From contig JBBRSU010000004.1 of NCBI GenBank assembly GCA_038245195.1, positions 1 through 61,889 on the forward strand: a stretch of 61,889 bases of DNA. Direction: 5' to 3'. Of this stretch, positions 28,254 through 36,356 are shown one piece after another; positions within the stretch are counted from its first letter, which is position 1; each line of letters begins with the position of its first letter. The DNA comes from Candidatus Saccharimonadales bacterium. Its GTDB lineage: Bacteria; Patescibacteriota; Saccharimonadia; Saccharimonadales; UBA10212. A program made the position numbers and the translations under genes. Under the pieces are notes generated by a model. That model had not been told where the DNA came from and made no database searches. It saw nothing but the letters and a program-made list of their open reading frames with translations.

Positions 28254-28712
28254 ATGCAAAAAATCAGTCCATTCCTGTGGTTCGATAATCAAGCCGAGGA
28301 AGCAGTCAATTACTATGTTTCGGTATTTAAAAACTCTAAGATAACCTCTACAAATCGGTATGATGCCGCTGCCTCCAAAGCCAGCGGACAACCTGAAAAT
28401 AGTGTTTTAACAATCGGCTTTGAGGTTGAAGGCCTAGGATTCACTGCACTAAACGGCGGGCCGATATTTAAATTTAGCGAAGCCACATCGTTTGTAATTA
28501 GCTGTGAGGACCAAACCGAAATTGATTACTACTGGGATAAGCTATCGGTAGTACCACAAGCCGAACAATGTGGCTGGTGTAAGGATAAGTTCGGGCTAAG
28601 CTGGCAAATTGTGCCTAAGAACCTCAGCGATCTAATTAACGACTCGGCTGGCATGAAAGCTATGCTAAGCATGAAAAAGCTTATCATTAAGGACCTCAAA
28701 AACCCGAAATAG
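28254..28712 (+). CDS. VOC-fold protein (3-demethylubiquinone-9 3-methyltransferase-domain / YjdN-like)
   Basis: ISPFLWFDNQAEEAVNYYVSVFKNSKI...CGWCKDKFGLSWQIVP family signature. Confidence 0.75.
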   Translation: MQKISPFLWFDNQAEEAVNYYVSVFKNSKITSTNRYDAAASKASGQPENSVLTIGFEVEGLGFTALNGGPIFKFSEATSFVISCEDQTEIDYYWDKLSVVPQAEQCGWCKDKFGLSWQIVPKNLSDLINDSAGMKAMLSMKKLIIKDLKNPK

Positions 28713-28765
28713 GGCCCTGGCTGGGCAACTAGGTCTGGGCTGTTTTGATATCATAAATTAGCAAG

Positions 28766-29284
28766 ATGACTAACACTATTTATACTATCGGTCACTCCAC
28801 GCATCCGATAGAGGAGTTTATTAAAATTATTAAGGCCTACAAGATTGAGACTGTTATTGATGTAAGGACAATCGCCAAATCTAGGTTCGTCCCTCAATAT
28901 AACGATGAAGACCTGAATCAAAGTTTAAATAAGCATAAGATTGGCTACCAACGCTTAGAACTTCTTGGTGGGCTAAGACATACCAATAAAAACTCGGTTA
29001 ACAAAGCCTGGAAAAATGCATCTTTCCGTGGCTATGCGGATTATATGCAGACACCTCCGTTTGCTACCGGCATTGAACAGCTAATTGAAATTGCCAAAAC
29101 CGCTCGAGTAGTTATTATGTGTGCCGAAGCAGTGCCGTGGCGGTGCCATAGATCACTTATTGGTGATGCTTTGCTTGTTAGAAACATTACGGTAGAGGAT
29201 ATTATGACCGTGAAGACGACTCAGCCGCATATTCTAACTCGGTTTGCGAAAGTAGTTGGAATAGGCGTTACTTACCCTGATTAA
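28766..29284 (+). CDS. DUF488-family protein
   Basis: IYTIGHS N-terminus and VIMCAEAVPWRCHRSLI, characteristic of DUF488. Confidence 0.7.
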   Translation: MTNTIYTIGHSTHPIEEFIKIIKAYKIETVIDVRTIAKSRFVPQYNDEDLNQSLNKHKIGYQRLELLGGLRHTNKNSVNKAWKNASFRGYADYMQTPPFATGIEQLIEIAKTARVVIMCAEAVPWRCHRSLIGDALLVRNITVEDIMTVKTTQPHILTRFAKVVGIGVTYPD

Positions 29285-29300
29285 TCTGCACAAAGCTTAA

Positions 29301-29990
29301 TTATTCTGATTTATAGCCAGGGAAAGAATCGGATTTTGAGTGGTCTTCGTCTATGCCCATATGTTTTAGTGTCTTTTCAAAAGCCTCGACCATCGGTTCT
29401 GGACCAGATATATAATAAATTGGTTCTTCCATTTTTTTACCAAATTCTTTTAGCGTCTCTTCATCAATTTTCCTATCGCCTGTAAAGTAGGTAATGTTAA
29501 AAGTTTTGTGTTTTTCGCTTAAGGTGTCTAGTTCGTCGCGAAAGGGGATGTCATGCTCATCGCGGTTGGCATAAAGTAGTTCAACATTTATATTTTTCCC
29601 ATCATGATCGAGTTGCTTAAGAATAGAGTAGAAGGGCGTAATGCCAATTCCGCCAGCCACAAATATATAATTTTTAGCAGTGTCATCAACCACAAATTTG
29701 CCTTTTGGTAGGTCGGCCTCGATTCCCTGGCCCGGTTTAAGTCCTTGTAAAGCATTTTTAAACGAACTCCCCTTATCCAAACTTATGCGGGTGGTAATTT
29801 TAATGTTTTTTTCATATGGGGCACTGGAAATTGTAAACCAACGTTCCTCACCCCTATCATCAGGATTAGCGTGTGGCAGTGTGTAGTGCATATATTGTCC
29901 AGCCTGCCATGAAGTAGGCTCCTCTGGCTCGAATATAAATGTTTTAGTTCCGACAAACTCACTAAGTTGTTCCTTTAAGCGTAGTTTCAT
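29301..29990 (-). CDS. Ferredoxin-NADP reductase-like FAD/NAD(P)-binding oxidoreductase (stand-alone)
   Basis: RWFTISSAP (RxYS-type FAD motif) and FVAGGIGITP (NAD(P)-binding motif). 229 aa. Confidence 0.75.
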   Translation of the reverse strand: MKLRLKEQLSEFVGTKTFIFEPEEPTSWQAGQYMHYTLPHANPDDRGEERWFTISSAPYEKNIKITTRISLDKGSSFKNALQGLKPGQGIEADLPKGKFVVDDTAKNYIFVAGGIGITPFYSILKQLDHDGKNINVELLYANRDEHDIPFRDELDTLSEKHKTFNITYFTGDRKIDEETLKEFGKKMEEPIYYISGPEPMVEAFEKTLKHMGIDEDHSKSDSFPGYKSE

Positions 29991-30197
29991 ACTTCCGTAA
30001 CCTGTTTAACTATCAAAGTATAGCAAAGAGCAAAAAATATAACTGGCTTAGCATAACGATCGAGCACGGTAATAGTTAACATGGCTACATATTTTACTTA
30101 AGTTCTAATCTACTATGGCTGAGCATATAGGTCTGGTACGGTTTAACAGGATAATTTGAGACAAATGAGACACGAAACAGCTATATTTTGAAGTGTC

Positions 30198-30700
30198 TCA
30201 CTTTTGCTTGGCTTCGGCTGGACTATTGCCGTGTTTTATAGCCTTACTTCTAGGTTTTTTGGGATTATCTGCAGTAGTTAACTTTTCACCAGTTTCAGGA
30301 TCAAGCCCATGCTCTTTGCAGTAATCATCTCGACGCTGTAGCGCACGTTCTTGCAGCAAATCAAGTAAGCTGATGTATTGACCAACACTAACCCCGTGGT
30401 ATAGCAGCTTTGATTCTATTTCCGGGAACTTCTCGAACCATTGCTTTGTGTATGCGTAAGCATAGGGATGCCCGTGGAGAGTTTCTTCGTTTTCCCATTC
30501 GGTGTCCTTGTCTTTGCCAATTTCACCAGTTACATACTTAACTTCATGGCCATATAGGGCCCACGCACGCTTTTAGTGTCGCTTTTCTATAGGATCTACC
30601 GGTTCTTGGTCGTGATCTTTGATTACGTGCATTATGAACTCTATATCAGCAGTTTTACGGTAGTTGGGATATAGATCGTGACGGTCGAACAGTTGAGTAC
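30198..30700 (-). pseudogene. Decayed gene of unknown function (5'-truncated, in-frame TAA)
   Basis: The minus-strand frame reads ...FDRHDLYPNYRKTADIEFIMHVIKDHDQEPVDPIEKRH*KRAWALYGHEVKYVTGEIGKDKDTEWENEETLHGHPYAYAYTKQWFEKFPEIESKLLYHGVSVGQYISLLDLLQERALQRRDDYCKEHGLDPETGEKL...AKQK*. The internal stop is at 30573-30575. There is no start codon for the 125-codon downstream part, and the frame is closed by a TGA just upstream of about 30700. Confidence 0.6.
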
Positions 30701-30726
30701 TATGCCATCAAGTACCTAGACGAACA

Positions 30727-30765
30727 TAAAAAGCGGTAGCAAATGCTACCGCTCTCGGTTTTTAC
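30727..30765. terminator. Orphan terminator-like hairpin at the probable left edge of the accessory block
   Basis: 9-bp perfect stem AGCGGTAGC (30732-30740) / GCTACCGCT (30745-30753) with loop AAAT. An A-run lies 5' and ctcggTTTTT lies 3'. On the minus strand the stem is followed directly by TTTTTAT. No intact gene reads into it from either side. Confidence 0.5.
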
Positions 30766-30820
30766 GCTATAAAGATCACTACCATAGACTGAAATAGGTC
30801 TGCGCGCTCTACCCAGCGAT

Positions 30821-30856
30821 ACTTTAAGCTACTTTTAAAGTTTCGTGCTATATAAT
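30821..30856 (+). promoter_or_regulatory. Island operator/promoter 1 (upstream of the RR): TTTAAG-N5-TTTAAA plus TATAAT
   Basis: TTTAAG 30823-30828, TTTAAA 30834-30839 (11-bp period) and TATAAT 30851-30856 (17 bp after the start of the second half-site). The ATG at 30863 lies 6 nt after the hexamer. Confidence 0.6.
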
Positions 30857-30862
30857 CAGTTT

Positions 30863-31540
30863 ATGAGAATACTTGTTGTTGAAGACGAGCATCGTATTGC
30901 ACAAGCCATAAAAGAAGGTTTAGAACAAGAGACCTATGCCGTAGATGTCTGTCATGACGGCGAAGATGGATACAATACTGCACGCTCTGATGACTACGAC
31001 CTGATTATTTTAGATGTCATGCTGCCTAGTATGGACGGCTTCGAAGTATGCAAAAAACTTCGAACTGCAAAAGATCACACACCAGTGCTTATGCTGACTG
31101 CAAAAGATCAAAATAAAGACGTTATACGTGGTTTAGACACCGGTGCCGACGATTACTTGCCAAAACCGTTCTCATTCGAAGTCTTGTTAGCCAGAATAAG
31201 AGCTTTGCTACGCCGTCCACATCAGGCAATCGGGGAGATACTTGAGGCAGGTAGTTTAACGTTAAACACTACATCCCACGAGGTAAAAAGGTCAGGAAGA
31301 ATTATCAAACTATCTAGTAAGGAATATGCCCTTCTTGAATATTTATTACGAAATAAAGGCAAGGTTTTAAGTAAGAACAATATCATGACCCATGTTTGGG
31401 ACTTTGATGCAGATATACTGCCAAACACAGTTGAGGTGTTCATTACCTACTTACGTGCAAAAATCGATAAGCCTTTCAAGGAACCAGAGCTAATAAGCAC
31501 TGTCCGTGGCTTTGGCTATAAGATAGGAGAAGCATCATGA
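30863..31540 (+). CDS. OmpR/PhoB-family response regulator (island paralogue)
   Basis: MRILVVEDEH, ILDVMLP, LTAKD and the winged helix LSSKEYALLEYL...LPNTVEVFITYLRAKIDKPF...GFGY. By eye about 60% identical to the RR at 16865-17542. I chose the ATG at 30863 over the GTG at 30845. Confidence 0.92.
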   Translation: MRILVVEDEHRIAQAIKEGLEQETYAVDVCHDGEDGYNTARSDDYDLIILDVMLPSMDGFEVCKKLRTAKDHTPVLMLTAKDQNKDVIRGLDTGADDYLPKPFSFEVLLARIRALLRRPHQAIGEILEAGSLTLNTTSHEVKRSGRIIKLSSKEYALLEYLLRNKGKVLSKNNIMTHVWDFDADILPNTVEVFITYLRAKIDKPFKEPELISTVRGFGYKIGEAS

Positions 31541-32574
31541 CTACAGACAAAGTGTTACGGTTTGCCCGTTCAACAACGGGTCGTTTGGCGATGACTTACT
31601 TAGGCATCATTATGCTGATGAGCATTGGCTTTAGCCTAGTTTTTTATAATACTTCAGCAGGTCAACTTGGACGGCAACTTCCACCTTCGTCTGTTTTTAA
31701 CCGCCCGTCACGAGACTTCCCCTCAGTATCACCAATAACAAATCGAGCCGAGATTGAAGCTTTCTTGCAACAACGAATCACTGAAGGCCGTGACGCACTG
31801 CGAATAAGGTTAATTGGACTAAACGTGATGGCTTTGATCGGCGGCGGAGTTCTTAGCTATGTGCTTGCCAGGCGGACGCTGAAACCAATTGAAGAAGCGA
31901 TGGAAGCACAATCCCAGTTTATTGGAGATGCATCGCATGAGCTGAGGACTCCGCTGACTGCGATCAAGACAACCAATGAAGTAGCTTTACGCAAACCAAA
32001 GCTTAACCTGACTGATGCCAAGGAAATCATTAAGCAGAATACTGATGATGTCTCGAAACTTCAGGCACTAACAGATGGACTACTGAGATTGGTTAACGAT
32101 AAGAGCTCAGATCATAGCTTAAAGCCTATTTCCCTGCAAGAGGTAGTAGCTGAGGCTATGAACCAAGTGGTTCAATTAGCTCAAAATAAAAACATTTCGG
32201 TTAATGATCAAGTACCCAATATAAAGGTACTTGCTAATAAACAAAGCCTCATACAATCAATCACCATATTGCTAGATAATGCCATAAAATACAGTGAGCC
32301 TAAAACAGTCGTCACGCTGAGCGGATCATCAGATGCTAAGCTTGCCCATTTGAAGGTCAGTGATCAAGGCATAGGCATCCGTGCAGCCGATCTTCCTCAT
32401 ATCTTTAAACGGTTCTATCGTGCCGACCGGTCACGGAATAAGCAACAATATGACGGTTACGGGTTGGGTCTATCGATAGCAGATAAGTTAGTCAAGCAAC
32501 AACACGGTGAGATTTCAGTGGATAGTACGCCAGGTCACGGTGCGACTTTCACTATAAAATTGCCTCTGGCCTAA
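31537..32574 (+). CDS. Sensor histidine kinase, minimal two-TM input (island paralogue)
   Basis: Two TM helices separated by a loop of about 55 aa. GDASHELRTPLTAI follows shortly after TM2 with no HAMP. DNAIKYS, DQGIGI and GYGLGLSI are present. ATGA overlap with the RR gene. Confidence 0.9.
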   Translation: MTTDKVLRFARSTTGRLAMTYLGIIMLMSIGFSLVFYNTSAGQLGRQLPPSSVFNRPSRDFPSVSPITNRAEIEAFLQQRITEGRDALRIRLIGLNVMALIGGGVLSYVLARRTLKPIEEAMEAQSQFIGDASHELRTPLTAIKTTNEVALRKPKLNLTDAKEIIKQNTDDVSKLQALTDGLLRLVNDKSSDHSLKPISLQEVVAEAMNQVVQLAQNKNISVNDQVPNIKVLANKQSLIQSITILLDNAIKYSEPKTVVTLSGSSDAKLAHLKVSDQGIGIRAADLPHIFKRFYRADRSRNKQQYDGYGLGLSIADKLVKQQHGEISVDSTPGHGATFTIKLPLA

Positions 32575-32609
32575 GCTTTAAGCAAACTTTAAAGTTCCGT
32601 TGGTATCGT
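32575..32609 (+). promoter_or_regulatory. Island operator/promoter 2 (upstream of the ABC permease)
   Basis: TTTAAG 32577-32582, TTTAAA 32588-32593 (11-bp period) and TATCGT 32604-32609 (16 bp). A 42-nt leader with an AGGA-type SD precedes the ATG at 32652. Confidence 0.55.
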
Positions 32610-32651
32610 TGTGGCATCACTTCAATAAATAAAAGGAATTTAGGATAATGC

Positions 32652-34019
32652 ATGAATCCAGTATCTAGAGGAATAAGAAACGCCTTTCGTAATTCAATAC
32701 GAACGTTCTCCATTGTAGTTATCTTAGGATTAAGCGTCGGGTTAGCACTTTCTATGTTAGTTGCTCGGCAGGCCGTTCAAGAAAAAATTGATTCGGTTAA
32801 AACTTCGATAGGTAATACTGTCAGCATAGCTCCTGCTGGCTCTCAAGGTTTTCAAGGTGGTGGTGAACCCTTGACTACTGAGCAACTGAGCAAGTTAGAA
32901 ACAGTAAACCACGTTACTGGTGTTACTCAATCACTCAGCGATCGTCTCACGAGCGATACAAGCAATTTAACCTCAGCAATAGATGCCGGTAGCCTCGGAA
33001 ACCGTCAAGCTGGAAATTCTGGAGTAGGCTTTCAGCAAGCTCCACCACAGGGTGGCAATCAACAGCCAGGAGGTAGCTCCAATCAAGAAATTACCCGTAC
33101 ATTTACTCCTCCAATAATTGTGACTGGCATTAATGACCTATCAAAAGTTTCAGCATACGGTGGTGATACGGTCTCGTTTACGAGCGGTCAAGCACTGGAT
33201 CCAACAAAGGATGAAGAGGTAGCCGTGGTTGGTAAAGCCTTGGCTGAAAAAAATAATCTAAGTGTCGGCTCTACTTTTACTGCTTACGACAAAACTATCA
33301 AGGTAGTTGGTATATACGATACCGGTAATACCTTCTCTAATGCCGGTTTAATAATGTCGCTTGCTACACTACAAAGACTTTCTAACCAAGCTGGGGATGT
33401 TACTAGTGCTACAGCTACCGTTGACTCCATCGATAACATTGACTCTGCGGTTACTGCCATCAAGAGTGCGTTGGGGGACAAGGCTGATGTTACGAACTCG
33501 CAGGAGAGTGCCAAGTCCACGATTGCTCCACTAGAGAACGTAAAAAGTATTTCCCTGTTCAGCTTACTTGGCGCACTAGCTGCTGGGTCGGTAATCATCC
33601 TTCTGACTATGATGATGATTGTCCGTGAACGCCGACGCGAAATAGGTGTCATGAAAGCCATCGGCTCTTCCAACTTAAAAACTATGTTCCAGTTCATGAG
33701 TGAGGCAGTAACGCTCACACTACTCGGATTAATTGTCGGTCTTGTGATTGGAGTAGCTGCCTCGAACCCAATTACAAAAGTATTGGTCAACAACAGTACG
33801 ACTAGTACGACTCAAACAATTGGTCGGTCTGGACAAGGTGGTCCAGGAGGGTTTGGACGTAACAGCTTAACTAGCGTCCGGAATGTTAAAGCCTCAGTGG
33901 GCTTGGATATTCTCGGCTATGGTGTTGCCAGTGCGTTCATTATCGCTATTGTCGGTAGCGCACTGCCCGCACTATTCATTAGCAAAATAAGACCAGCAGA
34001 AGTAATGAGGGCTGAATAA
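32652..34019 (+). CDS. MacB/FtsX-type ABC transporter permease with a large extracytoplasmic domain
   Basis: 455 aa. One N-terminal TM, a periplasmic domain of about 270 aa (with Gly/Gln-rich inserts), then three C-terminal TM helices with the FtsX-like region RRREIGVMKAIGSS. Confidence 0.85.
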   Translation: MNPVSRGIRNAFRNSIRTFSIVVILGLSVGLALSMLVARQAVQEKIDSVKTSIGNTVSIAPAGSQGFQGGGEPLTTEQLSKLETVNHVTGVTQSLSDRLTSDTSNLTSAIDAGSLGNRQAGNSGVGFQQAPPQGGNQQPGGSSNQEITRTFTPPIIVTGINDLSKVSAYGGDTVSFTSGQALDPTKDEEVAVVGKALAEKNNLSVGSTFTAYDKTIKVVGIYDTGNTFSNAGLIMSLATLQRLSNQAGDVTSATATVDSIDNIDSAVTAIKSALGDKADVTNSQESAKSTIAPLENVKSISLFSLLGALAAGSVIILLTMMMIVRERRREIGVMKAIGSSNLKTMFQFMSEAVTLTLLGLIVGLVIGVAASNPITKVLVNNSTTSTTQTIGRSGQGGPGGFGRNSLTSVRNVKASVGLDILGYGVASAFIIAIVGSALPALFISKIRPAEVMRAE

Positions 34020-34020
34020 T

Positions 34021-34704
34021 ATGTTACAAGTTACAGATTTAAAGAAGACTTTTAAGTCCGGCGATACTAAGGTCGCGGCTATAGATGGTATAAGTTTCGG
34101 CGTACCAGACGGACAGTTCGCATCAGTTATTGGTAAGAGTGGTAGTGGTAAAAGTACCCTGCTTAGCTTACTAGGCGCACTAGATAAGCCGACAAGCGGA
34201 CATATTACTGTCGGCGATAAAGATATAACTAAGTTGAACGATCACAAACTCATAAAATATCGCTGCGAAAAGATCGGTTTTGTTTTCCAAAGTTACAATC
34301 TTGTGCCAAACCTAACAGCAATTGAAAATGTGATGTTGCCAATGGAGTTTGCCGGACTTTCCAAAAAGCAACGGTTGCAGCGAGCGAAGCTGTTACTTAA
34401 CCAAGTTGGCTTGGACGACAACAAGCAAAAGCGTAAGCCCGGACGACTAAGTGGGGGTGAGCAACAAAGAGTTGCAATTGCCCGAGCACTTGGTAATAAA
34501 CCAAAGCTAATCCTGGCGGATGAGCCAACTGGTAACCTTGATTCTCAAACCGGTAAAATGATCTTCGACTTGCTGCACGATCTAGCAAAAAGTGAAAATA
34601 CTACTATCGTAGTTGTAACTCACGATCTAGAAATCGCCGGAAAGACAGACAAAACCTTCCAGCTTACTGACGGTAAGTTAGCTCCGGTAGGAGCGAGAGT
34701 ATGA
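34021..34704 (+). CDS. ABC transporter ATP-binding protein (MacB/LolD-like)
   Basis: Walker A GKSGSGKST, Q-loop, signature LSGGEQQRVAIARAL, Walker B LILADEPTGNLD, and H-loop VTHD. Confidence 0.95.
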   Translation: MLQVTDLKKTFKSGDTKVAAIDGISFGVPDGQFASVIGKSGSGKSTLLSLLGALDKPTSGHITVGDKDITKLNDHKLIKYRCEKIGFVFQSYNLVPNLTAIENVMLPMEFAGLSKKQRLQRAKLLLNQVGLDDNKQKRKPGRLSGGEQQRVAIARALGNKPKLILADEPTGNLDSQTGKMIFDLLHDLAKSENTTIVVVTHDLEIAGKTDKTFQLTDGKLAPVGARV

Positions 34705-35183
34705 ACGAGCACGATCATAACAAGGGAGGATCGGGCCTATTTGCTAAGGTTGGTGCTGGTTTGTTAGTCGTACTCATAGTTGCTGTACTAAGCTTTCTTG
34801 GCGGTATGCAGTACCAAAAGGGTAAAAAGTCCGCAACAACGGACCAAACTGCTTCGGGAGGATCCTCAAGCCAAGGATTTGGTGGTTTTCAAGGTGGCCC
34901 AGGAGGTGGTGGGCGTACGAATATAGTACGAGGTCAAGTTACCGCAATTAGTTCAACGAGCATATCCGTGCAAGATAGCAGGAGTAATTCCACGACTACT
35001 CTCGATATAACTTCTGACACAACGATTACAGACAATGGCCAGACTGCCAGCCTCGATAGTATTAAGGTTGATGATAATGTAGTGGTGCGCCCAAATAGTT
35101 CCAACTCAAAACAGGCCGATCAAATTATACTGAATCCCCAAGTACCCTCAGGTACACCTAGTTCAAGTACTACAACAAACTAA
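34701..35183 (+). CDS. Membrane-anchored Gly-rich / Ser-Thr-rich beta-type protein (DUF5666-like guess)
   Basis: 160 aa. N-terminal TM, then the SSQGFGGFQGGPGGGGR linker, then VRGQVTAISSTSISVQD...ITDNGQTASLDSIKVDDNVVV. 4-nt overlap with the ATPase gene. Confidence 0.6.
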   Translation: MNEHDHNKGGSGLFAKVGAGLLVVLIVAVLSFLGGMQYQKGKKSATTDQTASGGSSSQGFGGFQGGPGGGGRTNIVRGQVTAISSTSISVQDSRSNSTTTLDITSDTTITDNGQTASLDSIKVDDNVVVRPNSSNSKQADQIILNPQVPSGTPSSSTTTN

Positions 35184-35217
35184 CTTTAAACTGTTTTTAA
35201 GGTTAGTTTACTAAGCT
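35183..35217 (+). promoter_or_regulatory. Island operator/promoter 3 (upstream of the island LCP gene)
   Basis: TTTAAA 35185-35190, TTTAAG 35196-35201 (11-bp period) and TAAGCT 35212-35217 (16 bp). The ATG at 35226 lies 8 nt after the hexamer. Confidence 0.55.
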
Positions 35218-35225
35218 GTGTGCAT

Positions 35226-36311
35226 ATGGACGAGCGGCAAACCATTGAGCGTACACGGCTGAGTTATTTGAAGATGCCTTCACTGAGGCATACGTTGAGA
35301 TTAGTCTTAGTAATTACGTTGACAGCAATAATTACAATCGGAGGATGGGTCGGCTGGAAAGTCTATGCCAGTGCTTCAAGAATTACTGGCAACAAGAATC
35401 CTCTGAGTCTGGTCAGTGCATTCTCGCCTGTTGACCTTAAGGAAGTAAATGGCCGTACTAATATATTGTTGGCTGGATATTCTAAAGATGATCCGGGTCA
35501 TAGTGGGGCGGAACTCACTGACTCAATAATGATACTCAGCATGAATCAGTCTACAAAGTCAGCGGTTGTTATTAGCGTGCCACGTGATTTGTACGTAAAT
35601 GTACCTAGCTATGGGTATAGCAAAATAAATGCAGCCTACGAATATGGAGAAAGTGATAACTTTTCGGAGGCTGGCTATGCTAATGGTGGCATGGGACTGC
35701 TTGAGAAAACAATAAAACAAACACTGGGCGTAGATATAAGTTATTACGGCTTGATAAATTACACCGCCTTCAAGTCAGCAGTTGATGCCGTTGGCGGAAT
35801 TACCATTACTATCAGTAGCAGTAACCCGCGCGGTATATACGACTCTAATACGGGTATTAAGTTTGCTAATGGGAGCGTTACGCTAGATGGACAGACAGCA
35901 CTCAATTTAGCTCGATCACGTGGCGATTCGTATTATTCCTACGGTTTTCCAAATAGTGACTTCGATCGTACGAAATACCAACAGGCTATGCTATTAGCAC
36001 TTAAGGGTAAGGCCAGTAATGCAAGCGTGATAGCAAATCCGCTAAAGATTGGAGAATTAGCTGATTCTGTGGGCGATAACGTTAAGACCAATATGCAAAT
36101 TAACGAAATGGAAACTCTATATTCAGTCATGAAAGATGTCAACGACAACAATATAGAGACAATTACGCTAAACAATATTGAGGGAACAAATCTGTTGATT
36201 GACTACCGTACACTGAATGGTCAATCAGCCCTAATCCCAGCTCTGGGTCTAAATAACTTTTCGGCGATCGATAACGCAATCGATAATTTGCTTGCGCCCA
36301 AAACACAATAA
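35226..36311 (+). CDS. LytR-CpsA-Psr (LCP) family transferase (island paralogue)
   Basis: TM anchor. NILLAGYS...ELTDSIMILSMN...SVPRDLYV...SKINAAY, and LARSRGD...DFDRTKYQQ. The alternative GTG start at 35220 would lie only 2 nt after the -10-like hexamer. Confidence 0.85.
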   Translation: MDERQTIERTRLSYLKMPSLRHTLRLVLVITLTAIITIGGWVGWKVYASASRITGNKNPLSLVSAFSPVDLKEVNGRTNILLAGYSKDDPGHSGAELTDSIMILSMNQSTKSAVVISVPRDLYVNVPSYGYSKINAAYEYGESDNFSEAGYANGGMGLLEKTIKQTLGVDISYYGLINYTAFKSAVDAVGGITITISSSNPRGIYDSNTGIKFANGSVTLDGQTALNLARSRGDSYYSYGFPNSDFDRTKYQQAMLLALKGKASNASVIANPLKIGELADSVGDNVKTNMQINEMETLYSVMKDVNDNNIETITLNNIEGTNLLIDYRTLNGQSALIPALGLNNFSAIDNAIDNLLAPKTQ

Positions 36312-36314
36312 CGA

Positions 36315-36350
36315 CCTTTTAAGTAATGTTTAAGCTTGTTTGTCTAACCT
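36315..36350 (+). promoter_or_regulatory. Island operator/promoter 4 (upstream of the beta-lactamase-like gene)
   Basis: TTTAAG 36318-36323, TTTAAG 36329-36334 (11-bp period) and TAACCT 36345-36350 (16 bp). The ATG at 36357 lies 6 nt after the hexamer. Confidence 0.55.
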
Positions 36351-36356
36351 ACTTAT

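Noticed and set aside
33284-33793. A 169-aa ORF antisense to the ABC permease. The same applies to similar long antisense ORFs at 16078-16479, 49512-49976, 50757-51236, 52778-53164 and 57123-57557.
   Set aside because: Each lies entirely inside a strongly supported gene on the opposite strand (permease, HK, dnaB, dnaX, rplL/rplJ, rplA). Their compositions are low-complexity and Ser/Leu/Ala-rich, as expected for shadow frames, and they lack start-site signals.
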